From contig OX597823.1 in NCBI GenBank assembly GCA_951406725.2, positions 44,640,001 through 44,704,000 on the forward strand: a stretch of DNA of 64,000 nucleotides, read 5' to 3'. A program made the translations under genes and the position numbers. A model generated the notes under the pieces. The model was not told the DNA's origin. It ran no database searches and worked only from the letters and a program-made list of their open reading frames with translations. This document shows, piece after piece, positions 54,830 to 64,000 of this stretch (the first letter of the stretch is position 1; every line of letters begins with the position of its first letter). The DNA comes from Octopus vulgaris. Taxonomy: Eukaryota.

Positions 54830-55260
54830 TCGTAGATACACAAACATACATACACACATAAATATATGCATACATGGGCACACACATGCACGAACCCCCA
54901 CAACACACACACACAAGCACAAATACGACATTGATATTCAAATATATAGCATAATTACACGCGCACACACACACACACACACACACATTTGTATATACAG
55001 CCATGCGCATACTTATTATTACATGTTCAAAAACAGAGGAAGGGCCTTTAAGAAGGTGGGTGCTACGTTATAAAAAGAGAGAGAGATAAAGAGAGATAAA
55101 GAGAAAGAGAGGGAGAGAAAAATGAAAGAAAGAGAGAGAGAGAGAGAGTAAACATTTTAAGAGAGAAGGCGGACATACAAGCCCCGCCTTATGCAGGAAG
55201 ATATCTATTTAAGCTTACCACCAGCTTCTCCGAAAATCATTCAAAAGTTAACCGCTTACT

Positions 55261-55295
<35 letters not shown>

Positions 55296-55569
55296 CATAT
55301 ATTTATACACGCATACTACATATTTATATATTTATTACAGGCAAAATATATTGCACATATTTATATATATTTATACGCACATACATTTATATAACTATCT
55401 CCACATTTATATATTTTTTCGTTGCATAAATCAATAGCTAATATCCATATTTTATTCATTCATTCATTGATATATATATTCTGCATCAGTATTCCTTTGA
55501 AGGACCCAACGATTACACACTCGCCTAACAGGTTGGAGCAGCAGCAGCAGCAACATCAGCAGCAGCATC

Positions 55570-55602
<33 letters not shown>

Positions 55603-56113
55603 TGTAGTGGTGGTAGTGGTGGTGGTGGTGTAGTGTAACCTTCGCTGCTGCAGTTAAAACTAATTTTGTTTTGTTGTATTTCCTATTCACAAACTACAGC
55701 CCGTAACAAACTACGTTCATACAAACCCTTCCCTCCTACACACTTACACACACACACGTCCGTACACACGTTGACGTATATCTATATCTGTCTCTGCATA
55801 TATATATAAATATAGGCTTTTTTTTTCTCTAAAACTATACACATTGTCGCACTCATTCAGTGAGCGCGCTTATAGAAGCTATTTTTAAGTCTTGTCACAC
55901 AAACACAAAAAGTAAACAACAACAAAAAGAAAGAAAGAAAGACAAGACATCTAACAAAACAAGGATATCCTAATATTATAATACATCACTCTTCATCATC
56001 ACTTACGAACTGCAACAACTGTCAAGAGTTGTGATAAAACAACGATTAAGAAAGATCTTAAATACTTCGTATTACTCTGTGTGGAAAATAAATAAAAAGT
56101 GAAAGAAAGCAGC

Positions 56114-56215
56114 ATGGCCAGCCGGGTAGAAAATATCACATTGCGCTATTGTTCCACCTGTATCTTAATACTCATATGTTCATTGTTCTTTGCCAGAGCC
56201 AATTCCATATATAAG
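56114..56215 (+). CDS. Probable first coding exon (signal peptide) of a secreted or membrane protein
   Basis: AGCATGG start context. Reads MASRVENITLRYCSTCILILICSLFFARANSIYK with a hydrophobic core and A-R-A cleavage motif. Ends AAG|GTAAAG (phase 0). Upstream sequence is TE-free. Confidence 0.6.
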
Positions 56216-56364
56216 GTAAAGTGATAATTTTTTCTGTTTTTTCTATAATTGCCATATAACAAAATCTGAATTTTCTTTCATTTTTCTCTTGCCTTTATAC
56301 CTTTCTTTCTCTCCTTCTTTCTCTCTCTCTCCGACACCATATCTATCTCTCTGTCTGTCTATAT

Positions 56365-56595
56365 TGCTTTCAAATTTTGGCACAAGGCTAGCAATTTCGG
56401 GAGACAGGGTAAGTAAGCTGGACGTCCAACATCGACTCCTAATGTTCGACAGGTACTTATTTTTACCGACCTCGAAAGAATGAAAGGCAAGGTCGACATT
56501 GGCGGAATTTGAACTCAAAAAGGTAGAGAGAGAGACGGACGAAATGCCGCTAAGCATTTGGTCCGGTGTGCTAACGATTCTGCCAGCACGCCTTA
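56365..56595 (-). mobile_element. SINE family B
   Basis: Matches the family consensus. Confidence 0.8.
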
Positions 56596-56615
56596 TATAT
56601 ATATATATATATATG

Positions 56616-56815
56616 TTTCGTTTTTGGATTTGGATTGCAAGATTCTTTATATGAGTTCGTGTGTTGAAGCATATTCTGTTGTGTCTGGGGATAGTGATTG
56701 CTCTTTTAGTGCCTTATTATTTAATACACTCACCGGTAAAATTTCCACTTATTTCTTATTTTTATTTTCTAAAATTTTCGTTGCGTCTTGCAACCTTTTC
56801 AATAGTCTTGACTCT
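56616..56815 (-). mobile_element. Second copy of the 44317 PLE-like short element
   Basis: High identity to 44317-44514. Confidence 0.75.
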
Positions 56816-56962
56816 CTATGAGTGTGTGTATATATATAAATATATGTATTTATATGTGTATATATGTATGTGTGCGTGTATGTGTATAGTCTTGACTCTC
56901 TATGAGTGTGTGTATATATATAAATATATGTATTTATATGTGTATATATGTATGTGTGCGTG

Positions 56963-57001
<39 letters not shown>

Positions 57002-57008
57002 GATATAT

Positions 57009-57061
57009 ACATATATATGCATAAAAATTCATATATATATATATATATGTATATGTATGTA

Positions 57062-57108
<47 letters not shown>

Positions 57109-57135
57109 ATATATATATATATAATATATATATAT

Positions 57136-57190
<55 letters not shown>

Positions 57191-57239
57191 TACATACATA
57201 TATATATATATATATATGAATTTTTATGCATATATATGT
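57009..57239. repeat. About 230-bp near-perfect palindrome
   Basis: ACATATATATGCATAAAAATTC...(TATC)n(TA)n(GATA)n...GAATTTTTATGCATATATATGT. Confidence 0.9.
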
Positions 57240-57819
57240 TTGTGTGTGTGTAAGTGTAATTATGTATTTATGCATAATAGCGTGACTGGGATGTCTAGTT
57301 TCAGCTCTCTGACTTATTCAACAATACTAATTGAATGGGTTAGATAAACTAACAGCAAGTGATGAAACTTTAAGAGTCCCAGTCAACCCAAACTGTATAA
57401 TATCTTTTGATTTCACTAAAAGTATTGGGTCCTTTTACATGTCATTGTTCGTTGCTTATAAATTTATGATTGAATAGCCCGAATATTAACACTTAGTGTA
57501 TGTGTGTGTTGTGCGTGTGTAAGAATAGTATTATACTGGATACAACTAACTCAAGAAAATAGAAAAAGAACTCAACACCTCTTTATTGTGGTTATAGGAA
57601 AGTTCAGTGCCTTTTAGGGACCAGGAGTTACATTTTGGATGGAATCTTAGACACGCGCGCACACACTCACACACATACACACTCACAAACACACACATTC
57701 AATTACACACAGGCATATATATGTATATACATATATGTATGTATATACATGCTTGTATATATGTATATGTGTGTATATATATTTATGTGTATATGTAATA
57801 TATTATACATATGTGTATG

Positions 57820-58057
57820 AAAGGCGGCGAGCTGGCAGAAACGTCAGCGCGCCGGGCGAAATGCTTAGCGCTATTTCGTCTGCCGCTACGTTCTGAGTTC
57901 AAATTCCGCCGAGGTAGACTTTGCCTTTCATCCTTTCGGGGTCGATAAATAAAGTACCAGTTTCGCACTGGGGTCGATGTAATCGACTTAATCCATTTGT
58001 CTGTCCTTGTTTGTCCCCTCTATATTTAGCCCCTTGTGGGTAGGTAGTAAAGAAATA
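57820..58057 (+). mobile_element. SINE family B, full length
   Basis: 16-bp TSD TATACATATGTGTATG at 57804-57819 and 58058-58073. Confidence 0.9.
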
Positions 58058-58949
58058 TATACATATGTGTATGTATTATATATATATATATGCATACTGT
58101 ATGCAAATACACAGAGTATATACGATAGCTACGTATGTGTATCACAGTGATGATGATGATTATAACTGCTACCTCCACTACCACCACCACTACCACCACC
58201 ACTACCACCACCAAACAACAACAACAATACCAACACCCCTCTGTTTTTGCTACTATCGTCATCAGGTACGCCTCTGTGAGCCAACGATGGAGCCTCCACG
58301 AGTTTTTTTCTCGATCTGTTAGGAACAACAGTCAAATTTCTATCAGACCACATCTTAATCGCGACCGCATAAAAAAAACCATGTACGCGGTCGCACGATA
58401 TGCTAGACATAGCATGTTACATCTCCCTGAAAATATCATACCTGAAATATAAAATCTATAAAAAAAAAAGAAAAAAAGAAAAGAAAGAAAAAGAAAATAG
58501 GAAATGTTGGGTGATTCAATTCTTGGATACATTGTCTGAAATTTTTGCGGGATGGCCATGGCTGGAATCAGAATCTAAACAACAGAAGAAAACTGCTAAT
58601 ATAGTGTAGTGCACTCGCTGCATGAGGTGACAGTGAAATATGGGTGGTCCAGAGCATAGAGAGTCTGTTCTGAATGACTCATGCACCGTAAAATGCAATT
58701 GTACAGATGTATACCAATGTACATATATGTATGTGTTCATAGGTGGATGGCTGAATGCACACTTGTGTAGTAAGTACATAAGCATATATGGTTATATGTG
58801 TGCGTGTACGTGCGTATGTGTGTGTGTGTGTGTGTGTGTCAGTGTGTATGTGTGTGTGTGCGCGCACGCGGTCGTATATATGTATAAATAAACGAACGAT
58901 ATTCATGGGTCCCAAAACTATATATATATATAGAGAGAGAGAGAGATAG

Positions 58950-58984
<35 letters not shown>

Positions 58985-59004
58985 CAGACAGGCAAACAGC
59001 CATA

Positions 59005-59083
<79 letters not shown>

Positions 59084-59332
59084 TGTTTCTTTATTAGCCA
59101 CACAGGGCTGCACACAGACAGAACAAATTACAAGGTAGAGCTTTTCTTTTGGGGGTAAAAAGAGGGGGTTGGTTTTCGATCAAAAGGGATCGTAAAAGGA
59201 AAGAAAGAGGACAAAAAAGGGGAGGATTTTAAAAAAAGGTGGGGAGAGGGAAAAAAAAGTTGATCAATAGGGATCGTAATCACAGAAATGTCAATATGAA
59301 GTGTAAAGGGGAGGACAGGTGAGGTTTACCCG
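59084..59332 (-). mobile_element. Tx1/L1-like 3' UTR inserted in (GATA)n
   Basis: Minus strand ends CAGCCCTGTGTGGCTAATAAAGAAAC, with GATA repeats on both sides. Confidence 0.65.
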
Positions 59333-59345
59333 TAGATAGATAGAT

Positions 59346-59437
<92 letters not shown>

Positions 59438-59466
59438 GTAGGTAGGTAGGTAGGTAGGTAGGTAGG

Positions 59467-59517
<51 letters not shown>

Positions 59518-60290
59518 GTAGGTAGGTAGGTAGGTAGGTAGGTAGGTAGACAGAGACAGACAGACAGACAGATTGCTAGACTGAATGTTTATTTCTGTTC
59601 TCTTTACCCTTCCATCTCATTCATCCCCACCGTCTCCGCCTCATACTCTCTGACCTGTCTCTTCGCTTTATTTATCTCCATACTATATTAGGTAGGACCT
59701 CGCGTTGTGAATCTATCAATACATGTTTATTCTAAACTGCATTGTATATTTTGTCCAAAGCACTTCGTTCAACTGATTGAAAACGAGTCATCTCGTTATT
59801 TTTTTTTTTTTTGTTTTTATATATTAAACATCTCTAGTTTACTAATTGTTTGAATAATATCAGTTGGACCTACTTTTTCTAAGTTTTTCTTGACTTACAG
59901 TGTATTGTATACAAAATATTGTTTAATTAACTACAAGGCATCAAACGTACAAATATACAAATTAAGCTAATTACTTATATGCTAGCATAATTATTTAGAA
60001 CTGCTAAAACAGCTGATCTATGCTGTTGACTGGAAAGCGAAGCCGGGTACCTTTTCTCTGAAGAACAACCAACAAACCGTGAAACGCTCCGTCCGAAGAC
60101 TCCCCTCCCTCCATTTTTTTTTGTCTGCACATTAGTTTATATAGAATGTGCACACATTATTATTTAAACCAAAGTGAAGCTTTGTAATGTTTAAATTTAT
60201 TTTTGTTCTGATTTACATTTTTGTGCATAATACGCAAACATACATACATCATACAAATATACATTCATACACTTCTGCATACGCATAGAC

Positions 60291-60327
<37 letters not shown>

Positions 60328-61120
60328 ACTGTGAGTGTAGGTATGTGTCTTTGCATGTGCATGTTGGACCAAATGCATAAGCTGCGCCGTGGTGCAGTGA
60401 TTATTAGAGACGTGAGAGCAACAGGCAAAGAGACGAGGCAGCAGACAGCCTGGTGGGCTGTCATGTAGACAGACGACCGGGCAGAAAGGGAGAGAGAGAG
60501 ATAGAGAGAAGAGAGAGAAGAGAGAGACAAAGCGATAATGATAAAGATGGAAGAAAGAGGATGGAGAGAGAGAGAGAGAAAGAGAGATAAATAGACAATA
60601 ATCACAGGACTATTTGCAATCGTTAGATGATCAACAGAGGTTGTAACTGACAGATTACACTTGCATAAAGACTACACGGACAACAGATGACAGATAATAG
60701 ATAAAAAGACGGGAGAATAGGAGAGAAGTACTGAAACGTATATTTACAGACAGGCAGACAGACTGATCGATAATCAATCTGACTGATAGAAATATGATAA
60801 GCAAATAACTAAAATGATACAACTTTAATACAGCGACCCGTAACCCCTTCCTTTAATTCACACTTTATTGACCGAGTCTTCTTATTCCCCTCTTTTCGGT
60901 TTCCTCTCTCTCTCTCTCCTACACCATAGTAAAGTAGCACCCCCCTCTCTCTCTCTCTCTGCTGTTCTCTGTCGTTCTCTCAAGCTAAGCACGTATCTCC
61001 TTTTCAAGCACAACCTTACAAATGATGCACACACACACACACACACATACACACACACACACACGCAATAGGAACATGCATACACATGAGTGCATATGTA
61101 TACGAGAAAAGGGAGAGAGA

Positions 61121-61152
<32 letters not shown>

Positions 61153-61823
61153 ATGTATATATGTATGTTATGCAGTTGTCCTCCAGCTTCCTCGTCTTAC
61201 GATCAAAGCTGACCCGAGGCCATAAACATTTTACCGGTCTTCTCATTTAACCATAATCACACCACTATTACCACCACCACCACCACCACCACCACCACCA
61301 CCACCACCACCACCACCACCACCACCACTAACTGCACCGCCGCTGCCACTACCATCATATGTTAGAACAGCTCTCTCCACTTCTATTTTTTTTTTTTTTC
61401 AAACCTCTCACATTCTATATTACACTCCCCGCCAACTCGTCTTACTCTCATATTTCTACTATAAATCTATATATGTCACACCATAACATTCGACTCGGCA
61501 TCTGAATGAATGCTTTTTTGTTTGTTTGTTTGTTTGTTTCTACGTGAATGAAATGTCAAGAATTAGATATTTATATATTATAAATAAATAACCTTATCGT
61601 TCGTTGCTTCTGTCTTCTCATTTTCCTCTTTTTACTTTTTCCTCTCTGATTTTTTTTTTTCTCTTTTTCTTGACATCCTTTTCTGTTTCAGAATTCGCGC
61701 GCGTACTTGCATGTGCATGTATGTATGTATGTATGTATGTATGTATGTATGTATGTATGTATGTATGTATGTATGTATGTATGTATGTATGTATGCATGC
61801 ATGTATGTATGTATGTATGTATG

Positions 61824-61855
<32 letters not shown>

Positions 61856-61901
61856 TGCATGTATGTATGTATGCATGTATGTATGTATGCATATATGTAT
61901 G

Positions 61902-61933
<32 letters not shown>

Positions 61934-61996
61934 TGTATGTATGTATGTATGCATGTATGTATGTATGTATGTATGTATGTATGTATGTATGTATGT

Positions 61997-62039
<43 letters not shown>

Positions 62040-62542
62040 TGTGTGTGTCTGTCAGTGTATCTGTATGTAATAAATGTTTGATTGTTTTAACTTTAAATAT
62101 TTGTTTACACACGAAAAGAGATATATTCAGATGTGTTAGTATACACATAATTATGTCTGTACTCTTCTCTGTGTGTATGCGTGTACATATATTTCTGTGT
62201 ACGCTCCTCCATATCTGTGACTGATTCTGTAAATGTATGTGCTTCCCTATATATGTGTGCTCGTGTATGTGTATGTTTATGTGTGTGTGTGTGTACGTGT
62301 GTGTGAGTGTGTGCGTTTGTGTGTGTGTGTGTGTGTGTGTGTGCGTGCCCCTTGTGTGTAAGTGAGATATAATATTTGTGTAAGTATTGTTATTCGTTAT
62401 TTTCGATTTTCAAAGAAAAACATCAAAAAACCTGATTTTTCCATATTGGCTTCTCGTGGTTTCCACTCTCTAATTATTAACAAAATACGAACATTCATCA
62501 TGGCAATATTTCTCTATGCCTCATAAAATCATTATTTTTTTC

Positions 62543-62885
<343 letters not shown>

Positions 62886-63434
62886 GCGGAGGAGGAGAGG
62901 AGTATGCTTACAGACCTTTGCGTTCAACGCTCAAATTTTGCCGAAGTTATTTTTTGCCACTTTCATATGTTAAGGGATGAGATCGATTTAATGTAACTAA
63001 GGAAAAGATCAAGTAAATAGAGTAAGAGTAATCCCAGATTAGAAACCAAGAGTTGGGCGTTCATAATCCAATTTCCGTCACCAATACGGCGTTATATGAT
63101 TCATGTCATTGCCCATCTTAAAGTTGGTAGCCGTGGATGTTGCTTGACATTGGTCTTCTAGAAAAATTTGCTTGCTCTAAAAGGCTTTCACCTCTGACAC
63201 AGATGGTTGCTTTCAGAATTCAGGAGGGTTGTGAAATTTGTATTTTTCGTTAAGGAAAGATCGTACACGTGTTCGAGGGGTCCTCTTTAGTGCACTGGAC
63301 AGATTTACTAGTTGAACCTTTCTCTTATTGGCTCAGGGTTCATGAATAATATAACTTCATCACATTTCGATGACGCGGTCCCACAGGCCCATGAGTACTT
63401 GAAGATGACACAAGTCGAGATACTAGTCTTGGCT

Positions 63435-63838
63435 TACTCTTTTACTCTTTACTCTTTTATTTGTTTCAGTCATTTGACTGCGGCCATGTTGGAGCACCGC
63501 CTTTAGTCGAGCAAATCGACCCCGGGACTTATTCTTTGTAAGCCCAGTACTTATTCTATCGGTCTCTTTTGCCGAACCGCTAGGTGACGGGGACGTAAAC
63601 ACACCAGCATCGCTAGGGGGACAAACACAGACACACAAACACATACACACACACATATATATATACACATATACGACAGGCTTCTTTCAGTTTCCGTCTA
63701 CTAAATCCACTCACAAGGCATTGGTCGGCCCGGGGCTATAGCAGAAGACACTTGCCCAAGATGCCACGCAGTGGGACTGAACCCGGAACCATGTGGTTGG
63801 TTAGCAAGCTACTTACCACACAGCCACTCCTGCGCCTA
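63435..63838 (-). mobile_element. SINE family A
   Basis: Matches the family consensus. Confidence 0.9.
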
Positions 63839-64000
63839 TTAGTCCATCTGGCTTACATATAAGCCACAAGGTAGGGACAAGCGACACGGGTGTAAAAGTT
63901 GTATTGTTAAGAAGTTTACTTCGCATCGGTTTCTGGTTTAATCTTATTGCGTAGTACCTTGGGCAAGTATTTTCTACGACATTGTCAGGTTGATCAATAA

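Noticed and set aside
58360-58395. GCGACCGC/GCGGTCGC hairpin
   Set aside because: A single 8-bp stem, compatible with chance or old TE sequence.

Overview
AT-rich, microsatellite-dense eukaryotic genomic DNA, very likely octopus given the SINE families and the (TA)n/(TATG)n/(GATA)n load. Most of the window is transposon debris: tRNA-derived SINEs of several families, R4/Dong-type RLE LINE fragments sitting in microsatellites, Tx1/L1-like 3' ends, CR1 and RTE fragments, Penelope-like elements (PLEs, two GIY-YIG remnants), Tc1/mariner and hAT DNA transposons, and MITEs. The only host-gene signal I can support is a probable first coding exon for a signal peptide (56114-56215). The most notable feature is a near-identical 362-bp tandem/inverted repeat at 1-1020. 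Each unit carries a well-formed minimal type I hammerhead ribozyme whose core has the compensatory U3-A8 pair (TTGAAAA instead of CTGANGA), making it a candidate retrozyme/PLE circRNA unit. Several unrelated repeat families in the window carry further hammerhead-like motifs. Most listed ORFs are microsatellite artefacts. All calls were made by eye without database searches, and boundaries of degraded elements are approximate.
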